IMG/VR virus record: IMGVR_UViG_3300032237_001118
Location: 1-58,394 of that record
DNA from: a virus
Taxonomy: Duplodnaviria; Caudoviricetes
Strand: one strand, 5' to 3'
Length of the DNA stretch: 58,394 bases
In this document: positions 19,920 through 27,554 of the stretch, one piece after another
Position numbering within the stretch: position 1 is the first letter of the stretch
How the letters are laid out: every line of letters begins with the position of its first letter
The notes under the pieces: generated by a model
The model's database searches: none
What the model saw: the letters and a program-made list of their open reading frames with translations, nothing else
Told to the model about the DNA's origin: nothing
Program-made: the position numbers and the translations under genes

Positions 19920-20330
19920 TTATACGTGTGAGGCATCGAAGACTAATTCTTCTAATCCTTGTTTTTTTCTATAATCATTTATTGCAGATTTAATGGCATC
20001 TTCTGCTAATACTGAACAATGTATTTTAACGGGTGGTAAGTTTAATTCCTCAACCAATTCCATATTATCCATTTTAATTGCTTCGTCTAATGTCATACCT
20101 TTCAACCACTCCGTTGCTAATGAAGATGCCGCAATTGCACTTCCACATCCAAACGTTTTGAATTTTGCATCGGTTATAATATTGTCGTTTACTTCTATTT
20201 GTAATCTCATTACATCACCACATTCTGGTGCTCCAACTAATCCTGTACCAACGTTTGATTTTGATTTATCTAATGTCCCAACATTTTTTGGGTTTGAGTA
20301 ATGGTCGATGACCTTATCTGAGTATGCCAT
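19920..20330 (-). CDS. iscU: Fe-S cluster scaffold protein IscU
   Basis: MAYSDKVIDHY.NP.NVG, GAPECGDVM, FGCGSAIA, LPPVKIHCS. Confidence 0.97.
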   Translation of the reverse strand: MAYSDKVIDHYSNPKNVGTLDKSKSNVGTGLVGAPECGDVMRLQIEVNDNIITDAKFKTFGCGSAIAASSLATEWLKGMTLDEAIKMDNMELVEELNLPPVKIHCSVLAEDAIKSAINDYRKKQGLEELVFDASHV

Positions 20331-20333
20331 AAT

Positions 20334-21221
20334 TTAAAAATTTAATCCAACACCTAAGTAAAAATCCTTTCTAAAGGGGTCATAGTCAGCAGATAGTGAC
20401 CATGATTTATAATCATGAGTTATACCAACACTCATTGTAGTAAAATCATCAGCAAAATTCTTGAAAGAATATCTTCCATTGTTTGATAATATATAAGTAC
20501 CATCAAAATATTGATATTTTTCGTTTTCGTACCCAAAACCAAATGAAATGTTAGCTCCAAAGTTTTTAAACTCTTTACCAACACCAAAATACATGGACCA
20601 CTCATCTCTGATGTCATTTAATTTGTAGTTTTGAGAGGGATTATTTAATACCCAAGGTCTAACTATATCCATGGAAATATTTGTGTAGAAAGTTGATTGG
20701 TCTGCGTATACTGTTTTGTTAAAAGATGCTTTAAAATAAACATCTCTACCTACAGTAAACCACCCACCAATTTTATTTTTATTTAAAAGGTTTAAACCAA
20801 CCCTAACTTTGTTTTGTTTACTGTATATAGTGTCTTGAGTGTTATCAAGTTTATAATAAATTCTTGCTGGTGCTCTATATCCAAATCTATCAAAGTAATA
20901 GAAGTCGTAATAACTTCTGTATTGAAAAGGAGCTCCCCATCTATTCCATCTGTCATGGTAATAAGGGGTATAATAATTATAAGAATTTCTTGTGCCAATA
21001 TTATAATTTGGTGTTGTACCAAAATTATAATTTGGTGTTGTATTTTGAGTCCTAATTTGAGTTTTTTGTTGGTACTCACTTGGACGAGAAATTGGTGATG
21101 AAGTTTGAGGTTGGGATTGTGGTTGAGTACCCCCACTTCTAATGACTTCTTTTTGTTGCCTTTCCGTTTGTCCTAATACTACCATTGGTAATACAAGTAA
21201 GATTAATAATATTTTTTTCAT
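20334..21221 (-). CDS. Exported protein with Tyr-rich linker and putative C-terminal outer-membrane beta-barrel
   Basis: Signal peptide MKKILLILLVLPMVVLG; alternating beta-strands; ends FYLGVGLNF. Confidence 0.6.
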   Translation of the reverse strand: MKKILLILLVLPMVVLGQTERQQKEVIRSGGTQPQSQPQTSSPISRPSEYQQKTQIRTQNTTPNYNFGTTPNYNIGTRNSYNYYTPYYHDRWNRWGAPFQYRSYYDFYYFDRFGYRAPARIYYKLDNTQDTIYSKQNKVRVGLNLLNKNKIGGWFTVGRDVYFKASFNKTVYADQSTFYTNISMDIVRPWVLNNPSQNYKLNDIRDEWSMYFGVGKEFKNFGANISFGFGYENEKYQYFDGTYILSNNGRYSFKNFADDFTTMSVGITHDYKSWSLSADYDPFRKDFYLGVGLNF

Positions 21222-21260
21222 ATGCGTTTTATTTAACTATTTATAAATATAATCAAAAAT

Positions 21261-21530
21261 ATGTCTAAGTTTATAATAAAAGAATTACAATACCAAAAAT
21301 TGCTTGAAGTTGCTATGGATTTGGATATATATAGTCAACCAATGACTACCGCATCGGATAATGGAAATTCCGATGTTGAAGACGCTGTTGATGATATCAT
21401 TTCAAAAATGGAAGAAGTTAAGTCTATGTTAAAATCAGGTAAACAAATTCACACAGAATCTAAAACCAAAATTTTTCATGATTTAGACCAGATAAACCAA
21501 ACATTTTCAAATATAAAGTACCAAAACTAA
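21261..21530 (+). CDS. Hypothetical protein with MSKFIIKELQY leader
   Basis: Leader motif, TATTTATA upstream. Confidence 0.7.
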   Translation: MSKFIIKELQYQKLLEVAMDLDIYSQPMTTASDNGNSDVEDAVDDIISKMEEVKSMLKSGKQIHTESKTKIFHDLDQINQTFSNIKYQN

Positions 21531-21572
21531 TTACAATTTTAATTCTTTTAATACTTTTAAAAAAAACATAAG

Positions 21573-21770
21573 ATGGGAGCACAACATTTAACACAACAAG
21601 AAAAGGCAAAATTGTACGACAGTATGCTTTTAAGATATCAGAGACTTCAAGAGCAAGTTAGATTAATTAAAGCAAAAAGTTTTGAGGTTTCCTTAGAAGA
21701 CCAAAAACAAATCAATATGATTGAGGAAACTATGAGAAGATTATATAACGATACTCAAAAATTATTTTAA
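21573..21770 (+). CDS. Small coiled-coil hypothetical protein
   Basis: 65-aa ORF followed by a terminator. Confidence 0.65.
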   Translation: MGAQHLTQQEKAKLYDSMLLRYQRLQEQVRLIKAKSFEVSLEDQKQINMIEETMRRLYNDTQKLF

Positions 21771-21776
21771 AATATT

Positions 21777-21805
21777 AAACCCCCTTCTAATAGGGGTTTT
21801 TTTTT
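21777..21805 (+). terminator. Intrinsic terminator
   Basis: AAACCCC/GGGGTTT stem followed by a long T run. Confidence 0.75.
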
Positions 21806-21927
21806 GATATGGATATAAAAAACACAATAACAAAGTTTCTAACGAAACATAAAATCAGTAAGATTGATATTGCCTTATTGATAAGCACAATTACATTAAT
21901 ATGTTTGCTATTTGGTGTAAAATTTTA

Positions 21928-22131
21928 ATGGAGGTTAGGTCTCTTTTTATCAAAAGACCAACAAAAAAATTAACTTGGAGTCGCGAAAATTACGTATGGG
22001 CAAAAAAATGGGCGAGGACTCAACCTCACCCATTTAAAAAAAATCAGACCCTGTGGGATTTTATATACGACAAGTATGATTCTACTTATACGATTGATAA
22101 CTTAAATAAGTTTTTATTTAACGAAATTTAA
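21928..22131 (+). CDS. Hypothetical protein
   Basis: Likely start MEVRS. Confidence 0.55.
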   Translation: MEVRSLFIKRPTKKLTWSRENYVWAKKWARTQPHPFKKNQTLWDFIYDKYDSTYTIDNLNKFLFNEI

Positions 22132-22771
22132 ATCCTGTTAATTGTTCAATAACTTCTTTTTTAACTTTTAAAGTTTCAACATCAGTAATTTTTTCATCTG
22201 TGTTTGGAAAAAGATACGATTCAAAAGAGTTTGTTTTTTTTATGTAAATTACTTTCCAAGTCTTTAATGGTACCGAAACATTATGACCTCCAAAAATTTT
22301 AACAGACCCCACGGCACCTGCCCAAACGTGAATGCTGTCATTTTTAATTGAAAGGTCTCTTGATAAAACTTCAATTTTTTTCCAGGGACCAGCGTTACTG
22401 TAGTGAGGTTGAGGAATCATATTTGAAAAATAAAAACATTCGTCTTGTATTTGAATAGTTTGACATAAGTTATCTGCGGCGGGAATTACATGTCCTTTAT
22501 CATACCCACTACCAACATAATCTTTAGCCAAATCAGTTTCATTTGGTAATAATGGGTCAGGTTTAAAATTGTCTTTTCTAACCAATGGCTTTTCGCAACT
22601 AACTTTAGCCTTTGTAATCCACCACTCAACCATTACTGGATAATGTTTAGATTTTGAATAGTGAGATGTGTAATTTGTGTGTTTTAAAACAACAACATCT
22701 TGTGCTTGAGCACTTATACTGATTAGTACTATACTAACAAGTATTAAAATTTTCTTGGTAATTTTTTTCAT
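22118..22771 (-). CDS. Secreted DNA/RNA non-specific endonuclease (NucA/Endonuclease_NS family)
   Basis: Signal peptide ending AQA; GYDKGHVIPAAD, FSNMIPQ...N.GPW..IE motifs. Confidence 0.9.
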   Translation of the reverse strand: MKKITKKILILVSIVLISISAQAQDVVVLKHTNYTSHYSKSKHYPVMVEWWITKAKVSCEKPLVRKDNFKPDPLLPNETDLAKDYVGSGYDKGHVIPAADNLCQTIQIQDECFYFSNMIPQPHYSNAGPWKKIEVLSRDLSIKNDSIHVWAGAVGSVKIFGGHNVSVPLKTWKVIYIKKTNSFESYLFPNTDEKITDVETLKVKKEVIEQLTGFKFR

Positions 22772-22852
22772 AGTAATAAATACTATGAAAACCAAAGTCT
22801 TTTATTTTTAAATGAGTAAATTATTATTGTAAAAACCCGTATATTTATTGTT

Positions 22853-23350
22853 ATGAGTAAAAGATTTCAAATCACAGAAACGGAAATAGAGTCAATTAAG
22901 AAACTTTATATTTCAGAGCAGTCTCAAAAAGAAGAAGATAGAAAGTTCTGCCATGGTGGAAACGTTAAAACTTTAGAGGAGATTGTTGGAGACGACGACG
23001 CTGAAGATTATATTGAAGGTGTTAAAATAAGAAAAGGAGGAATCAACGGATTAGTTGATAGACTTGAATTGTTAAAAACTTTAAGACTTCATCCGAAAGT
23101 TTCCGATGGTGGAGAACATTTGGCATACGATGTAATGAACCATTTAAAAGAGTTCAAACCCTACAACTACTTTGACGAAACAAAAAAAGAATGTAATAGA
23201 GCAATGGATAAAATTATTGAACTTTACAAAGAGAACGAACACGGGGAAGAGTTAGTAAAAGATATTGAAAAAGTTTATGGTATGCAACACGTATCTCCAA
23301 GAGCAAAAGAATTTTTAAAACACGGAATTTCTATGATTAAGGGTGAATAA
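22853..23350 (+). CDS. Hypothetical protein with ITETEIESI..ISEQ leader
   Basis: Leader motif, TATTTAT upstream. Confidence 0.75.
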   Translation: MSKRFQITETEIESIKKLYISEQSQKEEDRKFCHGGNVKTLEEIVGDDDAEDYIEGVKIRKGGINGLVDRLELLKTLRLHPKVSDGGEHLAYDVMNHLKEFKPYNYFDETKKECNRAMDKIIELYKENEHGEELVKDIEKVYGMQHVSPRAKEFLKHGISMIKGE

Positions 23351-23382
23351 CTTGAACATTACAAAAATATGAATTATAATTT

Positions 23383-23408
23383 AAGCCCCAATCAATGGGG
23401 CTTTTTTT
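23383..23408 (+). terminator. Intrinsic terminator
   Basis: AAGCCCCA/TGGGGCTT stem followed by a T run. Confidence 0.75.
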
Positions 23409-23795
23409 ATGTCCACACAATCACATATTGATAAGGTCAATCTGAAACCAAATTTAATGGAATATCCACATCATGTTGGTGCGCCGCAGATTATACCTAC
23501 CGATTTAACACCATTCAAAAGAAACGGAACGGACAAAGCAAACAAGATATTTGACCGAAGATATAAAGAGTTAATTAAAGAGGCAGAAACCCTTCAAAAA
23601 TCGTTTATTATAACCCAAGAGGTCTACGAGTCATCTTATAAGTTTGAACCGATTATAGGGGAGATATACCACTTATATGAGGATGATAACGGAAACAAGT
23701 TTCTCTCTTTAATTGAACCCACTTCGTGGAAACAAACTCATCTTTATTCAGCGGTTTTAAATTCAGATATGACATGGACAAAATTGATAGAATAA
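23409..23795 (+). CDS. DUF2452-like protein
   Basis: YPHHVGAP and YKFEPIIGEIYHLYE...LSLIEP.SW pattern. Confidence 0.65.
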   Translation: MSTQSHIDKVNLKPNLMEYPHHVGAPQIIPTDLTPFKRNGTDKANKIFDRRYKELIKEAETLQKSFIITQEVYESSYKFEPIIGEIYHLYEDDNGNKFLSLIEPTSWKQTHLYSAVLNSDMTWTKLIE

Positions 23796-24058
23796 AACGA
23801 CTTGTAGAGTGTTCCTTGGACACCTCCTTCGGAGGTGAAATTTCCATTGTCACTATGGAAATACTTCCAACTCAAAAATATGATGAGGAAACAAAAAAAT
23901 GGATTCCCGACGCTCACTCCATTTTTCTAAACCTTAAAAACAAACGGAAATCGGAAAATAACCCTGACTATTATCATTTCGTATCGGACTATCCATCCAA
24001 CATATCTAAACTGTTGGAAAGTTTATTAGGGTTTGAATGTGTTGTGGATTTTGTATAA
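23774..24058 (+). CDS. Hypothetical protein
   Basis: Likely start MDKIDRIKRL. Confidence 0.6.
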   Translation: MDKIDRIKRLVECSLDTSFGGEISIVTMEILPTQKYDEETKKWIPDAHSIFLNLKNKRKSENNPDYYHFVSDYPSNISKLLESLLGFECVVDFV

Positions 24059-24205
24059 ATTTCCTAGAACTAGTATTACTATTTTTTCTTTTTTTTTAGT
24101 ATTTTATTAATTCTTATTATTATTCTGAAAGAATAATAATTATTTCCATCCTGACCAAAAGACACATTTTCTTTGGATGTATAATATTTATTATAAAATA
24201 CGTTA

Positions 24206-24514
24206 ATGGAACAACAAAATATTTGGACAGTTTTAATTACTATCGTTGGAGTTTTAGGTTCGGCAAGTGCATGGAGATTTTACGAGAAAAAATCTATGAG
24301 GAAAGAAAGAGACGATGAGTTTATTCGTCACGACTGCAAAGACAGAATATCTAAATTAGAAGCATTATTAGAAAACTCGTCTAAAGAAAAAGATGAAATG
24401 AGACAAACAATATTAAAATTGACTGAACAAGTTGCTGCTTTAGCTGTTAAAGTTGAATATTTACAAAAAGAAAATTCTGACCTATATAAATCACTTAACA
24501 AGTCATCAATATAA
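24206..24514 (+). CDS. Single-TM coiled-coil protein (possibly lysis-related)
   Basis: N-terminal TM helix followed by heptad repeats. Confidence 0.6.
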   Translation: MEQQNIWTVLITIVGVLGSASAWRFYEKKSMRKERDDEFIRHDCKDRISKLEALLENSSKEKDEMRQTILKLTEQVAALAVKVEYLQKENSDLYKSLNKSSI

Positions 24515-25608
24515 TGAAAAAAATAATAAGACTTACTGAATCTGATTTAGAAAAAATTATTAAAAAAGTTTTAAAAGAAGACCCTCAACCACTTCCTGAC
24601 ATGGAAAATATCCCATTAGGGAAAGTTGAAGCGGTACAACAAGCCTTAATTGATGCGGGATATGACGTAGGACCAACAGGTGTGGATGGTAAATTTGGTA
24701 GTAATACAAGAGCTGCAGTAATCAAATATCAAAAAAATAATGGTATTAAACAAACAGGTAATGTTGGACCTGTAACGGGTGGTAAATTGGGGGTAGAACC
24801 TTTAACTTCTGGAAGACCATTAACCAAAACCCCTACAACACCAAAACCAAATAAAACCCCTTCGGGATATGATTTGTCCAGAACGACTAATAAATCATCA
24901 GTAAAGGGACAAACCGTAGTTAATTTAAAACAAAAAGTTCCTGACCTCAAATTTATGAGACAAGATATGCCATCTGATTATTTGGGTAAGGGTGGAGGAT
25001 TTGAAAGACACTTATATGGAGGTAGTCAAGAAGATTATGTTAAAATGCAACAGTTACTTGGTAAAGTTCCTCCTGCAAAAAAATCTTCACTTCCATTACA
25101 CATTAGAGCTTTAATGGATTATTTAGCTGGTAGAACCAAACCATTTACAGCATCAGACTTAACAAAAGAGGAGCAACAATTTCTTAAAAATGTTGCAATT
25201 AATAATGCAAAAACAGGTTTATTATATAAAACTTGGAAGTCAATAGGGGCAGGTAATTTACCAACGGCAATGACCACTACTGGCTCTGAAAAAGAAACTG
25301 AAAAATTCAAAACCACTGCTCAAGGAAGTTTATCAAATCCTGGTTTAGCGGGTGAATTTATGTATACTTTAGGAGAAGTTGACCCACCAGCAATCAAGGT
25401 AGCACCTGACAAAAAATCTGTTACAGTTAGAGATAATTATGATTTTAATAGTGTTGGTTTACCTAAAGATAAAATAATGAAAAACTTCACAGACGCTTTA
25501 TCAAGCTATTTTACAGGTAAAGGAACGTTTTACAGTATTGTAAGAAATGCGGTTGCATTTAAAGAAATGAGTGGTTACCCAGGTTACCCTGTTAATATTA
25601 CTGTTTAA
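24514..25608 (+). CDS. Peptidoglycan-binding domain protein with MKKIIRLTESDL leader
   Basis: VQQALIDAGYDVGPTGVDGKFGSNTRAAVIKYQKNNGI is a PG_binding_1 pattern. Confidence 0.82.
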   Translation: MKKIIRLTESDLEKIIKKVLKEDPQPLPDMENIPLGKVEAVQQALIDAGYDVGPTGVDGKFGSNTRAAVIKYQKNNGIKQTGNVGPVTGGKLGVEPLTSGRPLTKTPTTPKPNKTPSGYDLSRTTNKSSVKGQTVVNLKQKVPDLKFMRQDMPSDYLGKGGGFERHLYGGSQEDYVKMQQLLGKVPPAKKSSLPLHIRALMDYLAGRTKPFTASDLTKEEQQFLKNVAINNAKTGLLYKTWKSIGAGNLPTAMTTTGSEKETEKFKTTAQGSLSNPGLAGEFMYTLGEVDPPAIKVAPDKKSVTVRDNYDFNSVGLPKDKIMKNFTDALSSYFTGKGTFYSIVRNAVAFKEMSGYPGYPVNITV

Positions 25609-26077
25609 CAATAATATTTCCAAACACTTCGGATAGACTTGGGTCGATATAATAAACATCACCAGTTGTATTATTTTTTACAATAGATATATCATGGTCT
25701 TTTAATGATGGGGAATTAGAAAAATGAATATTTTGCCCCATGAATAACACCTTAGCTCTTGCATGAGATATTGTAACGTTTCCCACATTATTCTTTTTTA
25801 ACTCCTCAAACAATTTTTTATTATAGTATTTTGCATATCCAACGCAATTTCCAACTTTAGTCTTGAAAACAAGACTTGTTTTACTTTTTAATTTAAAAGA
25901 CAAATCGTTTTTGGTGGATATTAATGCGTCAGACAATATAGGTTCCAAATTTTGAATTGGATTACCATTAATTTTTTCTACAGAGATTACAGATAAAATC
26001 TTGTAATTGAATAGATGGTTAGAAACCGTGAAAGAAAATAAAAATAAACTGAGTATGATTAGACCTAATTTTTTCAT
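25598..26077 (-). CDS. Exported protein, transglutaminase/papain-like fold candidate
   Basis: Signal-like N-terminus; GNCVGYA, DHD and YYIDPS give a candidate Cys-His-Asp triad. Confidence 0.45.
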   Translation of the reverse strand: MKKLGLIILSLFLFSFTVSNHLFNYKILSVISVEKINGNPIQNLEPILSDALISTKNDLSFKLKSKTSLVFKTKVGNCVGYAKYYNKKLFEELKKNNVGNVTISHARAKVLFMGQNIHFSNSPSLKDHDISIVKNNTTGDVYYIDPSLSEVFGNIIVKQ

Positions 26078-26115
26078 TTCACAAAAATAATGAAAATATT
26101 GACAATACAAAATTT

Positions 26116-26403
26116 TTATACGTCAAATCTTACATAAGTTTTAAAAGAACATTCAGGAAAAAAATATACTAAAGCGTCTTGGATTAATACGTCGGCAAGT
26201 TGTCTATCCATATGTTGTTCAGTAATCACATCACCAAGAATAATAACAGCCTCCATTAAAATTGTTTGATTAGTAACAGAAAAATTGAGATTGTGAATTT
26301 TGATGTAAGACCCTTTACCATACATTTCTTGTACGGCTCCACCTTGATAATCGTTGATATAGTTTTCGATTAGGCGAAACAATCTTCTTTTCTTATCTAA
26401 CAT
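26116..26403 (-). CDS. Hypothetical protein
   Basis: 95-aa ORF. Confidence 0.65.
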   Translation of the reverse strand: MLDKKRRLFRLIENYINDYQGGAVQEMYGKGSYIKIHNLNFSVTNQTILMEAVIILGDVITEQHMDRQLADVLIQDALVYFFPECSFKTYVRFDV

Positions 26404-26440
26404 GATAAAAAATATAAGGTTTAAATGAAAAATTTACAGA

Positions 26441-26572
26441 TTATCGACCTTGGCCTCTGTAGTTTCTTTCTTTACGGTCATTTTTGTTATGACTCTTTTG
26501 AGCCTTACCTGTACCCTTTTTTCCAAAAGAAACTTTATTTGAATTTCCTGCTGATTTTGAACCTTTTGCCAT
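26441..26572 (-). CDS. Small basic protein ending YRGQGR (43 aa, not in ORF track)
   Basis: MAKGSKSAGNSNKVSFGKKGTGKAQKSHNKNDRKERNYRGQGR; TATTTAT upstream on the minus strand. Confidence 0.75.
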   Translation of the reverse strand: MAKGSKSAGNSNKVSFGKKGTGKAQKSHNKNDRKERNYRGQGR

Positions 26573-26650
26573 GTCTTATTTTTATCAAATAAATAGTTTG
26601 GCAGAATAAAAAAAGTTCCGTACATTTGTATTCACAAAACGATAAACGAT

Positions 26651-26905
26651 ATGACTAAAGAAAAACTATACAGAAGTGTTAATGGTGACTACCTTTACTT
26701 GTTTAATTGGATTGGTGGTGGTTTTAATGATGTGTGGGCTCCAAATAAAAAAGAAGCTTATCTTCGTGTTATTAAAGAAAGAAAAGATGCTGAATTAAAG
26801 TATCCAAAGAATGCAAAGTTAAGACCTGATTATAAGTCAATGCGTAAGTGTACGTATTCCCAATATCAAGAACAAAATAAATTGGGTTGGATGTTGTCGA
26901 TGTAA
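26651..26905 (+). CDS. Hypothetical protein
   Basis: 84-aa ORF after a TACATTTG promoter motif. Confidence 0.7.
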   Translation: MTKEKLYRSVNGDYLYLFNWIGGGFNDVWAPNKKEAYLRVIKERKDAELKYPKNAKLRPDYKSMRKCTYSQYQEQNKLGWMLSM

Positions 26906-26924
26906 AATGTTTTTTATATCTTTG
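26893..26924 (+). promoter_or_regulatory. Bacteroidota-type promoter 1 of RNA cluster
   Basis: GTTG-N20-TATCTTTG. Confidence 0.65.
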
Positions 26925-26928
26925 TAAA

Positions 26929-26976
26929 AGAGTTTGGAACTTATAGGTAATGAAAGATACTCGGTATCCAAACTTT
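26929..26976 (+). ncRNA. Candidate ~50-nt structured small RNA
   Basis: AGTTTGGA/TCCAAACT closing stem and GATAC-TCG-GTATC hairpin directly after a promoter; no ORF. Confidence 0.4.
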
Positions 26977-26985
26977 AAAAAAAGA

Positions 26986-27038
26986 TTTGACGGTTTAAAA
27001 AAATCTTCTTATCTTTGTGAAACAAAAGTTCTTTAAAA
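26986..27038 (+). promoter_or_regulatory. Bacteroidota-type promoter 2 with boxA-like element
   Basis: TTTG(26986)-N20-TATCTTTG(27010), then AAGTTCTTTAAAA resembling the rRNA-leader boxA. Confidence 0.75.
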
Positions 27039-27043
27039 TATAT

Positions 27044-27133
27044 GGTTGTGGTAGCTCAGGAATCTTTCGGGATTCGCGGTAGAGCAATTATCTGAACAGT
27101 AATGTGCCGTTGGTTCGACTCCAATCCCAACCA
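27044..27133 (+). tRNA. Non-canonical tRNA-Phe(GAA)-like RNA with UUCG hairpin inserted in the D-loop
   Basis: Acceptor GGTTG(T)GG/CCCAACC; D stem GCTC/GAGC; insert GAATCT-TTCG-GGATTC; anticodon arm ATTAT-CTGAACA-GTAAT; T arm GTTGG-TTCGACT-CCAAT. Confidence 0.75.
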
Positions 27134-27185
27134 CGAAAGTCCTCCGAATTAAAGACGTTTTATTTTCGGAATTTTCATTAAAAGA

Positions 27186-27217
27186 TTTGGAAGGTATTAA
27201 AATCTTTCTTATCTTTG
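27186..27217 (+). promoter_or_regulatory. Bacteroidota-type promoter 3 of RNA cluster
   Basis: TTTG-N20-TATCTTTG; flanks similar to promoter 2. Confidence 0.75.
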
Positions 27218-27225
27218 TAAAAGAA

Positions 27226-27522
27226 ATGGACAGCGGAATGTTTTTTAGTGGTGGTTCCCCATACTCACCCGAACATCTTTCTTCTCCGCATTACAAATTA
27301 GAAAAATGTTAAATAAAACACGGGCGGTTGTGTGGAATGTTCTCCCTGTCTGACCTTAATCAGACTAAAACAACGGGTCTTTTTGGATGTTTTGGATTAG
27401 AACTAAAACAGGAGTTTGTCCGACTTTATGGGTGTTGATGGTTTACCCTACCTAAAGAAGAACCATATACTTTTTCCCTGACGGGGGATTTTGAGGGAGA
27501 CGCGACGGTGTCTCCCTTTTTT
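27226..27522 (+). ncRNA. Candidate ~300-nt multi-helix structured RNA ending in an intrinsic terminator
   Basis: GC-richer than flanks, no long ORF, at least 7 hand-identified helices; terminator AGGGAGAC/GTCTCCCT plus T run at 27493-27522. Confidence 0.6.
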
Positions 27523-27554
27523 TGTTTGTTTTATATTTATAAATAAAACAAAAC

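Noticed and set aside
19261-20330. Bacterial chromosome origin suggested by isc, cyclophilin and desaturase genes
   Set aside because: These genes are isolated among phage-type hypotheticals, fibres, an endolysin and tRNAs, and no housekeeping operon structure is present.
27134-27180. RNase P RNA, suggested by GAAAGTCC
   Set aside because: Lacks the GAGGAAAGUCC context and the 3' P4 strand; the segment forms a simple hairpin (TCCGAA/TTCGGA) after the tRNA-like RNA.
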